From the NCBI RefSeq assembly GCF_030144855.1, contig NC_082715.1, positions 145,018,001 to 145,082,000 of the forward strand: DNA of 64,000 nucleotides, in the 5' to 3' direction. Below are positions 13,110 to 26,230 of the stretch, piece after piece (the stretch's first letter is position 1; every line of letters starts with the position of its first letter). The notes under the pieces were generated by a model. The model made no database searches, had not been told where the DNA came from, and worked only from the letters and a program-made list of their open reading frames with translations. A program made the translations under genes and the position numbers. Source of the DNA: Hypanus sabinus (Eukaryota).

Positions 13110-13560
13110 CTCGAAGGGCTCATGACAATAAGTCCGGCACCTGACGTCTTGGGGAACCCGAGAGTAACACGCCTGAACACGAGACAGGCAGACCTGGTGA
13201 ATCCGAGACTGGCGATTCATCTCCCAACAAGGTTGGTCGTCTCCAGATAGACCTGATAAACTGGAGACAGACCTGACGAACTCGATAGTCCTGGGGAATC
13301 CGAGACAGGGCTGGTAATCTCGAGAAAGACATTGAATAAATTTGGGAAACATGAAATAAATCTGGGGAATATGGAATAAAACTCGTGAAAATTGAATAGT
13401 CCTCGGAAGCGTGGAGGGTAATGGGAGACCCAGGAACCTTTGCCGACAGTGAAAATCTTGATAAAAAGCCTTTAAAATGGTCAAGGCAAGCTCCAAACGT
13501 GGAATCGGAATTTGGTCGCCAGAAACACAGAATGAAGGTTCGAGACACTCGTAAACCGAA
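13110..13560. repeat. Unclassified element with imperfect internal repeats (paralog near 33560-34260)
   Basis: Recurring AGA(C/T)AGACCTG and GAATCCGAGAC motifs. Confidence 0.45.
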
Positions 13561-14519
13561 TGAAGTCGGGGCACCACTTTAGAAGTTCCACTGGACCCTT
13601 ATATCCCTGCGTTTTTTTAGTCACCGTGCAGACTGAACGCAAGTGCGGAGAAAAGACAGGCTGCCATATGGAATCAGCGACCTGGCTTTATTCATAAGAG
13701 TTCCAACTAACCATCGGCGGCTCGGCAGAGAGACGCCGAGAGAGCTAACTTTCTCAAAGCTAGGGCCAGCGAAATTAATAATCCGAAGCGAAATTCAGCG
13801 AAATTAAATAATTACAGTACCCGGAAATCCCGTGTCAGTTAAAATAAACTTAACAAGTTTAAACAGAAAACGTAAGGGTTTAACAAGTCTTGTTAATAGA
13901 ACAATTCACAAATAAAGGCTATTTAGAAAATTTAGAGCCCAACACTCTAAGGTTTCCTATACAGGTGCGAAGAACTCATAACACCCGTTGTTAGGCGGGA
14001 ATCCTTTATCGCCTTACTTAAAGTATGCCACATTATTCAACAGTTTTAAACCGAGCATTCATCTTCCCTTCTCGCTTCGCCGTTTGTCTAAATGCGGCAA
14101 TCAATACCAATATCACCTTAAATGAAATGTTTAGAGCTATGTCTGCATTTTCTTTTGATTATGTACGTACCAAAACACTCTAGTAGTTATTTCTCAGGAA
14201 AGTAAGAAAATCTTCATCTTGTTTATTTAAAACGGGATTCATGGTATCATAATCTTCCATATAATCTTCCACACTTCACAGGGAATCAGTTAAGATTTTT
14301 CTTCCCTCCCAGTGTTCGCTTATGGTGACATGTGCTTCCATTTTGACATACAACTGCCCATGAAAAGTCACAGGGAAAAGAATAAAGAAAAACTGATAAA
14401 AGGAGAAAATCTTTCTTAACGAATAGCCAAAATAGAGAGGCGTCCAATCACCATGCCAATGGAACTGCAATGAAAGTTGATCAGATGACAGAGTGCGTAG
14501 ATGAGACGTGGACTTAGTA

Positions 14520-14873
14520 CGTTTTTCAAAAGCTTATAGTTTGTAAATCATAGAAGTCTCAAAGAACTCCACGACATGAGCAGCTGCTTTGAGTGTCCTT
14601 TGGACTCGAACCCCGGTTTCCCTGTGATCCTCCACACTGCCAAGAGACTTACAATTAATACTATATTCTGCCGTCATATTTGACCTACCAAAATGAACCA
14701 CCTCACACTTAACTGGGTTGAACTCCATCTGCCACTTCTCAGCCCAGTTTTGCATCCTATCAATGCCCCGCTGTAACCACTGACAGCCCTCCTCACTATC
14801 CACAACACGTCCAACCTTTGTGTCATCAGCAAACTTACTAACCCATCCCTCCACTTTCTCATCCAGGTCATTT
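14520..14873 (-). mobile_element. CR1 fragment A
   Basis: ORF 14534-14902 [13 protein letters not shown]...WAEKWQMEFN. Confidence 0.85.
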
Positions 14874-14946
14874 CTGTTTAATGCCATCGTTAGACAGGAC
14901 ACACTAATTCAAACATTCACTGCTGTCTGTGTTTTAAGCAAAAATT

Positions 14947-17460
14947 ACATAGAAACATAGAAACTTAGAAAACCTACAGCACTATACAGGCCCTTCGGCC
15001 CACAGAGTTGAGCCCAACACGTCCCTGCCTTAGAAATTACTAGGCTTACCTATAGCCCTCTATTTTACTAAGCGCCATGTGCCTATCTGAAACACTCCTA
15101 AAAAACCACATGGAATCCGCCTCCACTACCGTTTCCGGCAGCCCATTGCACGTACTCACAACTCTCTGAGTGAAAAACTTACCCCAGAAACTCCACTGAC
15201 ATCTCCCCTACAGAGGCCCTCCCCAGCATCTTAAACCTGTGTCCTTTTTTGGCAACCATTTCAGCCCTGGTTAAACGCTTTTTACTATCCACACGATCAT
15301 CATCTTGTACACCTCTATCAGGTCACCTTTCATCCTCCTTCGCTCCAAAGAGAAAAGGCCGAGTTCACTCAAACTATTCTCATAAGGCATGCTCCCCAAT
15401 CCAGGCAACATCCTTGTAAATCTCCCCTGCACCCTTTCTATTGCTTCCACATCTTTCCTGTAGTGAGCACAGTACTCTAAATGGGGTCTGACCAAGGTGC
15501 AATACATCTGCAACATTACCCCGCGACTCCTAAATTCAATTACACGATTGATGAAGGCCAATACACCATATGCCTTCTTAACCACAGAGTCAACCTGCAC
15601 AGCTGCGTTGAGCGTCCTATGGACTCGTACCCCAAGATCCCTCTGATACTCCACACTACCAAGAGGCTTACCATTAATACTATATTCTGCCATCACATTT
15701 GACTACCAAACTGTACCACTTCACACCGATCTGGATTGAACTCCAACTGTCACTTCTCAGCCCAGTTTTGCATCCTATCAATGTCCCACTGTAACCTCGA
15801 ACAATTCTCCACACTATCCACAACACCTCCATCTTTCATGTCATCAGTAAACATACTAACCAATCCTTCCATTTCCTCATCCAGGTCGTTTATAAAAATC
15901 ACGAAGCGTAAGGGTCCCAGAACAGATGCAAAGATCATCACCAGAGGCTAAGCAATCTCCACCCTCGGCTCCTACATGTGGTATATTTCGTCCGCTCCCG
16001 GTGACTTATCCAAGTTGATGCTTTCCAAAAGCTCCAGCACATTCTCTTTCTTAATATCTACATACTCAAGCTTTTCAGTCTGCTGTAAGTTATGACTACA
16101 ATCACTAAGATCGTTTTCCAAACTGAACACTGAAGAAAAAGTATTCATTAAGTACCTCTGCTATTTCCTCCGGTTCCATACACACTTTCCCACTGTCACA
16201 TGTGATAGGTCCAATACTTACACGTCTTTTACTCTTGCTCTTCACATACCTGTAGAATGCTTTGGGGTTTTCCTTAATTCTGCCCACCAAGACCTTCTCA
16301 TGGTCCCTTCTGGCTCTCCTAAATTCCTTCTTAATAGCTTTGTAATCTTCTAGACCTCTAACATTACCTAGCTCACTGAACTTTTTGTAAGTTTTCTTCT
16401 TGACTAGATTTATTTCAGCCTTTGTACACCACGGTTCCTTTACCCTACCATAACTTCCCTGTCTCATTGGAACGTACCTGTACAGAGCTCAACACATATA
16501 TCCCCTGAATATTTGCCATATTCCTTTCTTACTTTTCCCTGAGAACATATGTTTCCAATTTAAGTTTCCAATTTCCACACTGTTAGCTTCATAATTCCCC
16601 TTATACCAATTAAACTTTTTTCTAACTTGTCTGGTCCGATCTCTCTCCAATGCTGTTGTAAAGGAGATAGAATTATGATCACTATCCCCAAAATGCTCTC
16701 ACACTGAGATATCTGACACCTGACCAGGTTCATTTCCCATACCAAACCAAGTACAGCCTCTCCTCTTATAGGCTTACTGAAACCTTCCAGAACACACCTA
16801 ACAAACTTCACCACATCTAAACCTCTCGCTCTAGGGAGATGCAAATCGATATTTGGGAAATTAAAACCTCCCATCACGACATCTCTGTTATTATTACACC
16901 TTTCCAGGATCTGTTTCCTTACCTGTTCCTCGATATCCCTGTTACAATTAGGCGCCCTATAAAAATACCCAGTTAAGTTATTGACCGTTTCCTGTTCCTA
17001 AACTCCACCCACAGAGACTGCGTAGGAAATCCCTCCATGGTGTCCACTTTTTCTCAGCTGTGACATAATCTCTGATCAACAGCCCCACCTCTTCTGCTTC
17101 CCTCCCTGTCCTTTCTGAAACATATAAAACCCGACACTTGAAGTAACCAATCCGGCCCCTGAGCCATCCAACTCCCTGTAACTGGCACTACATCATATCT
17201 CCAAGTACTGATCCACGTTCTAAGCTCATCCGCTTTGTTCACAACACTCCTTGCATTAGAATAGATGCAACTCAAGCCTTCGGTTTGAGTGACTCCCTTC
17301 TTTGTCACCTGCCTATCCTCCCTCTCGCACTGTGTACAAGCTTTCTCTATTTGTGAGCCAACCTCCTCTTCCCCAGTCTCCTCAGTTCGGTTACAACCCC
17401 CCAACAATTCTAACAAACTCTCCCCAGTAGCCTTAGCAAACCTCCCCGCCAGGATACGTC
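14947..17460 (-). mobile_element. CR1 element B, internally deleted, from EN start to 3' tail
   Basis: CATAGAAA tail repeats at 14947; ORFs with RPHLEYC, DDMKDGG, MMGGFNFPNID, CIYSNARSVVNK. Confidence 0.88.
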
Positions 17461-17486
17461 TCAACTTCATATAAAAACACAAATAA

Positions 17487-20400
17487 GAGGGACGTCATGT
17501 GGGTGCCGGGCAAGATGTCCGCATGTTAGTGGAGCTCTGACAACCCACCATAAAATTCTATCAATTAGGGCATATTTATCCCGCCTTATTCAGATACAGC
17601 TGTTCTAGAGTAAAAGACTGTATTTTTTTCTACTGAAAAATAACAACTTTGCGAGATAATTCGGGACGATGCCAGGAACTTCGAAGAGCGCTACAGCGAG
17701 TCACGTGGCTACAAGACTGGCCCCGCAATCCGAAGGTCAAGGCACGCTAACGACACAGAAGGACCAAGGCTCCAACATGGAGAATTTACTGACTGAGGTT
17801 AGTCGTATCAATTCCATTCTGCTCGGGGTCGCAACTGATGTATCTACAATTAAAGAAACGGCAACGGAGTTGAAGAACTCCGTCAACGCCATTCAAGAGA
17901 AGCTGACGGAAGCCGAGGGTCGTCTCTCCAGCGTGGAGGACACCACTGTGCAGCTGGTGGGTGCTGGCGAGCAGAATAATAAACGCTTGGACCTGCTGTG
18001 GAACCGTGTCGAGGAGCTTGAGAACAGGAGCGGACGGAACAACGTCAGTCTGGTCGGTCTAAAGGAGGGTGCGGAAACGGGCGGTCTGATTAAGTGTGTG
18101 CAAATAATCATGTCGGAGGGATTTGGCATCGAACTGAAAGCAGAGTTTGAGATTGAGAAGGGCGCATCGGGTCCCGGCTCCGAGATCGGACGAGGATCGC
18201 CCCCACCCCCCAGGATGATCTTAATACGATTTCTGCGCTCTTCGGACAGAGAGAAAGTGCTGCAAGCGGCCATAGCGAAAAGAGGAGCTGAGTTGGAGGG
18301 ATGCAGAGTCTCCTTCTTTCCGGATATGTCCAGAGAATTGGCTGAGAAACGGAGTGCATTTACTACGGCTCGGCAAATGCTGCAAAGAGTCAACGTGAGG
18401 AAGACACTCGCTTATCCAGCAGTTCTACGATTCACGTGGAAAGGAAAGAACATGTTCTTTATTACTGCTGCAGAAGCAGTGAAATTCATTCAGGAAAAGT
18501 GCGGCGCTGGCACTGACTGAGAGACAGTAATAGGTGGAGATAACTTTTTAGGTACAACAGGATGGGTGGGGAGCTGGATAAAGCGGTCTGATTAGTGCGA
18601 GGCTTACTAGCTGGCACGGTACTTCGCTGACCATCTCTTGTGTCTTTTTCTTTTCCGTTTCTTTGTGGAGGTTATTCTGCCTATTTGCTTTTATTTGTTA
18701 GTTAATCTTGCAGGAATATATTACCGCTATGTTTTTGGGTTATGTTGGTTGTTTATTTGTTTGAAAGCGCAGCATTTGCTGTGGTTGTTGGTAATAATTG
18801 AGCATGGGGATAGAGTACAGCAGGTTTTTCTATGGAATTTTTTTTTGAATTATTGCATTCCAGAATCAGTCATCCTGGAAAATGTTTTTATTTTTTTTGC
18901 ACATCTGTGCATGACGTTTAGGACATGGAAATTGTTAATTTCATATCATGGAACATAAATAGGTGTGGAAACCCAATCAAGAGGAAAAACGATTTTATCA
19001 TACCTTAAAGGTAAACGAATTGATGTTCCAGTTGTCCAGGAAACACATTATAAAAATTTTGAAGCACTGAAATTTATCAGAGATGGGGTGGGCCAGGTAT
19101 TCTTACACCAATTAATAGCAAACAAAATGGGACAATGATTTTAGTCAACAAAAAACTTAATTTTGTATTGGAAAAGGTCTTATCAGGACAATATACCGAT
19201 GACATATAAATATCTGTGCAATTTGAAATTCCAGCGAAATAACATATATAACAAAGAAGCAGAATGTGCATTATTTAGATTAAAAACAAGTTTCTGTGAA
19301 GGTGGTGACAAAGCTGGTAAGCTCCTGGCACGATACTTAAAGCAGCAGAATAAGAATAGTGTTATAACTGTAATTAAGAAAGGGGATACATTAGTGTCAT
19401 CATCTAAAGAAAGAAATGAAGTCTTTAAGCAGTTCTATGAACAACTATATGCATCACAATTTAATCATGACCAGAAGGAGATGTATCAGTTTCTCGCTAA
19501 CATAAAATTGCCTACATCATCCCCACGACAAGCTGAGTCCTTGGATGCCCCAATTACTGAGGATGAGGTCAGACGAGCTATTGTGGTTATAAAAGTGGGG
19601 AAATCTCCAGGTATGGATGGCTTCCCAGTTGAATATTATAAGACATTTCTGGACATATTGGGCTCCTGTTCTAACAAAAATCTATTCAGAAACACTTAAT
19701 TTGGAATCTTTACCTAATACATTTAACGAAGCATTAATTCGTTGATCCCAAAAAAAGACAGGGATGCAATAGGCCCTTCTAATTATAGACCTATACGCTT
19801 AATTAATGCGGACTGTAAGATACTGACTAAAAAACTGGCCTCGCGATTAGAGAAAGTATTACCATCTATAATTAACTCTGACCAGTTTGGCTTCATTAAA
19901 GGCAAATCCCCAGCTGACAATTTAAGCAGATTACCGCACTTAATATGGCTAAACACCCCAAGTAGTATCCCAGTTACTGCCATCTCCCTGGACGCTGAAA
20001 AGGCCTTTGACAGGGTTGAGTGGAGATTTTTAACCACGGCCTTGTCATTCTTTGGGTTTGACTCTGTCTTTAATCATGGATTACAATTTTGTATAAAAAA
20101 GGCTGCAGTTATTACAAATGGTATCATATCCCCATTTTTCAACATTTCACGGGGTACACGCCAAGGCTGCCCCCTCTCCCCACTGTTATTTACGATTTTT
20201 TTTTTTTGGAACTGTTGAAGGTCGTTATTAGAGCAGATCCAGATATTAGAGAGGTGAAGGGAGGCGGAAAGGAGCATAAGTTGATGCTATATGCTGACGA
20301 TATTTTATTACTGATTTGTGAACCTACTTATTCCTTACCCCCACTAATAAAAACAGTTCAATTATATTCTGACGTGTCTGGTTATAAAATCAACTGTAGT

Positions 20401-22108
20401 AAATCTGTGGCTATGCCACTGTCAAAATTGTGTTATTCAAATTCAGTATCTCAGTTTAATTTTAGATGGGTGCCAGTTGGAATGATGTATCTAGGGGTCA
20501 AACTCAGTCAGAATTTGGATGAAATAATTACTTTAAATTATAATCCATTATTGTGTAGGATAAGAAATACTCTGGCTAAGTGAGGGGTACTGCGACTGTC
20601 ACTCTGGGATAAAGTCAATGTAGTTAAAATCGTCATAGCACCTCAGTTTCATCAAAGGAAGCATCATCTTTCGATGATGCTTCCTTTAAATATTACAGAT
20701 TTGATTGACAAGCAATACAACAAAATTGTTATTGACTTTCGATGGGAAAGAAGAAGCCCAGAATTAAAATGAGTAAGATGTGTATGTCCAGTGACATGGG
20801 TGGGTTCAGTCTACCAGACGTCAGGGCATATAATTTATCCATTGAAATGATCAAGTTAACTAAACATTGGGACAGGGCAGATATTGATTTAGATTGTGTA
20901 CTTATAGAACTGAGTTTGGCTGCACCACATTCTTCCCTTAACATTCTCTCACAACATGTGGAAAACAACACTAATCTAAATCCTATACTATTTCAGTCAA
21001 GGGGTGTGTGGAGTACAATTCATAAATCTTATAAAATGTCACATTTAAATCAGTTATACTCGCTCTGGAATAACCCTATGATACGCATTGGGAAAAGAAT
21101 GGTGTACTGGAAAGAATGGAAGATTAAAGGTGTGAATACAGTAGGTGATCTCTGTGAGATTGGGATTTTTATGTTGTATGTGGATTTGCAGAGGAAATAT
21201 AACTTTGTAGATAAAGGGCGTTTCTGGAAGTATTTACAAATAAGACCTTGCGTTAGTCGCATATTCATGAATGGGTGCCCACAAAGTAACCCTTTAAGTG
21301 AATTCTTTACACTACCACAGGAAGTTCATAAAGCATCAATCAGTGTTTTATAAACTGTTCAAGCACTCTGTGGGTGAACCGTGTAACAATCTCAAAGCAG
21401 TATGGAAGAAGGATCTTGGAAGCGATGTTGAAGATAATGAGCGGTCAAGTATTTTATTAAATGTGGGTAGACTTATTAGGGAAGCGAGTGGGAATTTTAT
21501 TCAGTATAAGATAGTACACAGATATTATTGAACACCAACTAGACTCTACAAAATGGGGATTGTTGTTAATCATTTATGCTGGAAATGTAAAAATAAGGTG
21601 GGCACATATTTTCACTTGATCTTGGAGCGTTCCATGTTTCGTCCATGTTGGCGTAAAGTTCTAGATTGGTTGGGTAATTGGTCGGGTCCTACACTGCCCT
21701 TGTGACCACGGCTTTGTCTCTTGGGTGATAGGACATTGATACCTAATGTAAACAATGACAAATTTACTATTTTAAAGGCGGGTCCCATCACAGCTGCAAG
21801 AATTATATTACAAACTGGAAAAAAAAACAGATGACCCACTGTGAGGGAATGGACTGAGGAAAGGGCTAAGAATTCATCATATGAACACATGTTGGGAAGA
21901 ATTAACAGTGAGGGAAAGGTGCAAGATGCGTGGGATCAATTTTGGTTGTATGTTGATTTTAAAAATTAGAAGTTTTTTTTCTGTTTCTTAGTTTTATATG
22001 TTTTCCGGTCATGGGGTGACTGCGTAAATATGTTGTACTGCATCTGCTCTATGATATGCTCTGCTGCTTTGTAAAATAAGAATAAATCATAATAAAAATT
22101 TGAATTAC
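17487..22108 (+). mobile_element. L1-clade LINE copy B: 5' end, ORF1, ORF2 remnant with a 716-bp EN/tether deletion
   Basis: CAAGATG-type 5' end, ORF1, RT motifs YRPIRLINADCK, RQGCPLSP and LYADDILL, A-rich tail. Confidence 0.92.
17669..18520 (+). CDS. L1 ORF1 protein (coiled coil plus RRM/CTD), open, 283 aa
   Basis: Heptad-rich N-terminus, ELENRSGRNNVSLVGLKEG, MILIRFLR, SFFPDMS, LAYPAVLR. Confidence 0.85.
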   Translation: MPGTSKSATASHVATRLAPQSEGQGTLTTQKDQGSNMENLLTEVSRINSILLGVATDVSTIKETATELKNSVNAIQEKLTEAEGRLSSVEDTTVQLVGAGEQNNKRLDLLWNRVEELENRSGRNNVSLVGLKEGAETGGLIKCVQIIMSEGFGIELKAEFEIEKGASGPGSEIGRGSPPPPRMILIRFLRSSDREKVLQAAIAKRGAELEGCRVSFFPDMSRELAEKRSAFTTARQMLQRVNVRKTLAYPAVLRFTWKGKNMFFITAAEAVKFIQEKCGAGTD

Positions 22109-22869
22109 AAAAAAAACAAAAAAATCAACCCATGATCAGTGGCGTATTATTGAGTCTCATTGAAACACTGTAAAGGAGAAAATTCCGCTGAAATTCTGAA
22201 ACATTTTCCATCGATATTCCAAGTATCATGTTTCACTACAGAACTGCCTTCGTTCCCGCCACCCTGAGTGAAACGCTAAACAGTTGCATCGTCTGTCCAC
22301 CATCACAGGCGCTTCAGCTCATCCGTGCTGCCAACACTTTAAATGCATTGTGGCAATTACGTTGACGTTATAAGCGTATAACATGTAACACGGGAAAGCT
22401 TTTACCCGAACAGTTTAACACGATATTCTGTGGATTATATTGATGATACTTTCCACTTCGGAGACAAGGGTGCAACATAGCAGAAACATGAGGGTGAATT
22501 TCCGAGTTATATTTGGTAAATAACAAATGGATACGCCTCAGAGACTCGACTCATATTCCTTCTCAGCTTTCCTTATAACATTTCTGTATTCTCGCAATAG
22601 TCAATTCGTAATAAGCTAGTCTATTTGTTCGTCTGTTGTCAGTTAAATGCTTCGTATTTCTGGTCAGATGCAACCCTTCTCCCCTCAGCTATTCCCGCCT
22701 GTGGCAACCTCATACTGACAGCACTTCAGCCGCTTCGGCCCATTTTCATTTACGTTGGTTTATGTGCCCGCTATGCATTTGTATGTGGGGGGGGGGGTGG
22801 AGTTTGGGACTGTATGGAAATGTGCAAATGTCAGTGACAGTGAACCTGTGAAACGGTCATAAATTGGTA

Positions 22870-23536
22870 AATTTTCAAATTGCTTGAATGTTGTCACATG
22901 TACCGAGATGCAGAGAACAAACTGTTTTGCAGGTCATTCATGCAGATCAGTTCATCAGTGCATTGAGACAGCACACGCGAGCAGAATAAAGAGCTAAAGT
23001 TACAGAGAAAGTGCATTACGGGTAGGTAGTAAGGTGCAAGGGCATCTCGACGTAGATTGTGAGATCAAGAGTCTCTGATCGCAGTAGGGAAACATTAAGT
23101 GGTCACATAACACCGAGACAAACGCTGTCTTTGAGCCTGATTGTATGTGCCTTTAAGGCTTTTCGATCTTCTGCCCGATGGGATGGGGGATGAGAGAGAA
23201 TGTCCGTGACGGATGAGGTCTTTGCCTATATTGGCTGCTTTGCCGAGGCAGCGACAATGTACACAGAATCCATGGAGGGGAGTTGGCTTCCGTGATGTGC
23301 TGAGCTCTATGCGCAACTCTGTTTAGGTTATTTTAATTACCAGCAGAGCAGACACCATACCCAGCCGTGATGCATCCAGACGGAATTCATCGATAAAAAT
23401 TGCTGAGAGTCAAAGTTAGAGCGCCAGTGAGCGCTCTTTGCCGTGACATCTACGTGGTTGGACCAGGATAGGTTGTTGGTGACGTCCACTCCACTGAACT
23501 TGAAATTCTCAATGCTCCCGATCTCAGCATCGTTTA
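22870..23536 (-). mobile_element. Rex1/Babar remnant upstream of cluster 2
   Basis: Paralog of 3945-4606; ORFs 23095-23316 and 23337-23720. Confidence 0.7.
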
Positions 23537-23543
23537 CATAGTT

Positions 23544-23610
23544 GCCCCGCCCATTTCCTGAAATCAAGATCCAATTCATTCGTGAGTAGAGATCTGCATG
23601 AATATATATT
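23544..23610 (+). promoter_or_regulatory. IgL cluster 2 promoter
   Basis: GC box 23544-23552, CCAAT 23571-23575, octamer-like ATCTGCAT 23592-23599, TATA-like 23603-23609. Confidence 0.65.
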
Positions 23611-23718
23611 TCAGTGACTTTGCAGTCTTCCACAGTTCTTAAGGAGCAGCTTCCAAAGCCCTGAACAGGACTTGTGTCCGAAAGCCTTTGACTTCTAATT
23701 CTACTTATCTGCTTCACC

Positions 23719-23767
23719 ATGGCTGAATGGATCCTGGTTCTTGCCGCGTTTGTGTCCTCTTTGTTCA
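23719..23767 (+). CDS. IGL: Ig lambda leader exon, cluster 2 ([16 protein letters not shown])
   Basis: CACCATGG start, GTAAGT donor at 23768, 88-nt intron to AG at 23855. Confidence 0.93.
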
Positions 23768-23855
23768 GTAAGTAGAATACTTAATTCTTTAGACTGTCCT
23801 TTATGTCGTGTTTTTTACTTAAGGGTTTTAAATAATTATTTGTTATTTTCGCCAG

Positions 23856-24206
23856 CTGCAAACGCGGAGATGACTTTGACTCAGCCTCCGTCCGTATCGG
23901 CGTCTCCGGGTACAACCGTGAAAATCACTTGTACCATGTCAGGGGGCAGCATCGGCAGCTACTACACGAGCTGGTACATGCAGAAACCCGGCAGCTCCCC
24001 AGTTTTTGTGTGGTATAGAAGCTCCACGAGAGGATCGGGAATTCCAGATCGATTCACCGGTTCCACAGTCTCATCGAGCAACCAAATGCATTTAACCATC
24101 ACCAACGTGCAATGGCAGGACGCCGCCGATTATTACTGTGGTGTCTGGTATAATAGTAGCCCGTACGCATTCACCTTTGGGGGAGGAACCAAACTGAATT
24201 TCAACA
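23856..24206 (+). CDS. IGL: Germline-joined VJ exon, Ig lambda/type II, cluster 2
   Basis: [11 protein letters not shown]...ITC...WYMQKPG...[26 protein letters not shown], then GTAAGT; canonical FGXG; no RSS. Confidence 0.96.
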
Positions 24207-25224
24207 GTAAGTAAATATTTGTTGGGGTCTAATCACCTTTTGATTTTGTTTGGGTTTTTTTTTTCGTTTGAACCTTGGAATAATATTATCAATCCTGATG
24301 CTTCCATCTGATTTACAGTCCGCCTCTTATTGTATCTTTACAATACCGCAGGCAGAAAACTAGCACATATGCATCCTGTTTGCTTGGTAGGGTTACTTAA
24401 TTTAGCTGAAAAGTATCTTCAAAACAGCCTGATTTCATTGCCATGACATTTTTAAAATAGCTTCGTGAATAGATGCTACGTGCTGCTAGCAAGTGTTTCT
24501 TAAAAGTTTCCCAGGGAACAGATGTATTCAAATATATTCCCAACAGGTTTTGCATTAGACAACCGAGTTGAAGTCGCGTCAAGTTCCAGTACAAATGATC
24601 TGAATACCAATCGTCTGGAATATATTTTGTTAGCTTTTAAAAATTTATTTCGGCCAATATTACTTTATTTTTTGTGTATCGTGTTGTCCACCTTGGTCTC
24701 CTAAATCATTCTTATGTTTGACCGTCTACATGTACACAGTTGACTGACGTTACATTTATCCTGAAACCTGAACCTTAATGGGGACAAAAGCCGAGCTGTG
24801 AATGTTACCGAATTGCGATAGAGAACTTCTATTTCCTTAAATCGGTAAAACCTAGGAACAGAATTCGACCCCACGAGTCTGCTGCGTCATTTGATCATCG
24901 CTGGTATATTTTCTCTCAAGCTCATTCTCCTGACTTCTCTACATAACCTTTGATGCCGTTGCTAAACAAGAGACTATAAACTCAGTTTTAAATTTACCCA
25001 AAGACTTGGTCTCCACAGCATCCTTTGGGAATAAATTCTACAAAATCAGCACTTTACGGTTAAATCATATTCAGCTCATCTCTGTTCTAAAGGGCTACCC
25101 TTATATTCAAAGGATTTTCTCTCAGTTCTAGCCTCTCACACTATAGAGGGCATCCTCCCACATCCACTCAATCTAGCTCTTTCAGTATTCGGTAGGTTAA
25201 AATGAGACTTCATCCTCCCCCCGC

Positions 25225-26230
25225 CACACCCCCGCCACCATTCTTTTGAAATCCAGCATGTACAGGCCCAGGGCCATCAAATGCTCCTTATACTTTAACC
25301 CTTTTATTGTCAGCATCTTTCCTCTGGTCCCTCTCCAATGCCAGTACGCACATCTTTTCTTAGATATCTGGCCCAAAACTGCTTCCAATACTCTAAATCT
25401 GCTCTGGCTATTGTCTTTTAAAATATTAGCATTAAATCGTTGATTTTATATTCTGCTCATCTCGAAATAAGCTGAGCTAAGCTTGGTTTTGCCTGCAAGT
25501 TATCATTTTGGGAATCCTGCAGGATGACTTTCAGGTCTCCTTGTACATCTGACTTCTTAATGCGGTCCCCGTTTAGAAGACTGTACCTTTATTCCTTCTA
25601 CCAGAGTCCACGACCATACGATTTCGCACACTGTACTCTATCTGCCAATTCTTTGCTCGTTCACCTGATCCGTCAATATCTTTCTGCAGACTCCTACTGC
25701 CTCAACACTGTCTACTCCTCCACCTCGCTTTGCATCATCCGCAAATGTGGCCACAAATCCATAAATCCCGTCGTTCAGATCATTAACGTCTAGCATGAAA
25801 CGTAGCAGACTCAACACCGATCCTTGCAGAACACCACTAGTCACCGGTAGCCAACCAGAAAAGATTATCCTACGCTTTTTTCCTGCCAGTCGGCCAATGC
25901 TCCGTCTACGCCTGTGATAGTTTATGCTCTTATCGTGTTAAGCAGCCTGATGTGTGCCACTTTGTCAATGGTCTTCAGAAAATCCAAGTCAATAACATCC
26001 ACTGACTCTTATTTGTCTATCCTGCCTGGTATTTTCTCAAGGAATCTCAACAGATTTGTCAACTAAATTACCCCTTAAGGGAACCATGCTGATCACGGCT
26101 GATTTTATCGTATGCCACCAAGTACCTAGAAATTTCGTCCTTCCTAATGGATTCTAGCAAACTCAATATATTTAAATTTCGATTAAACATGAGCATGTTT
26201 ACTAGGAAATTAACTGACGTCAGGCTAACT
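25225..26230 (-). mobile_element. CR1 remnant in the cluster 2 intron
   Basis: ORF 25638-25844 GVLQGSVL...FADD; paralog of 6295-7260. Confidence 0.8.
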
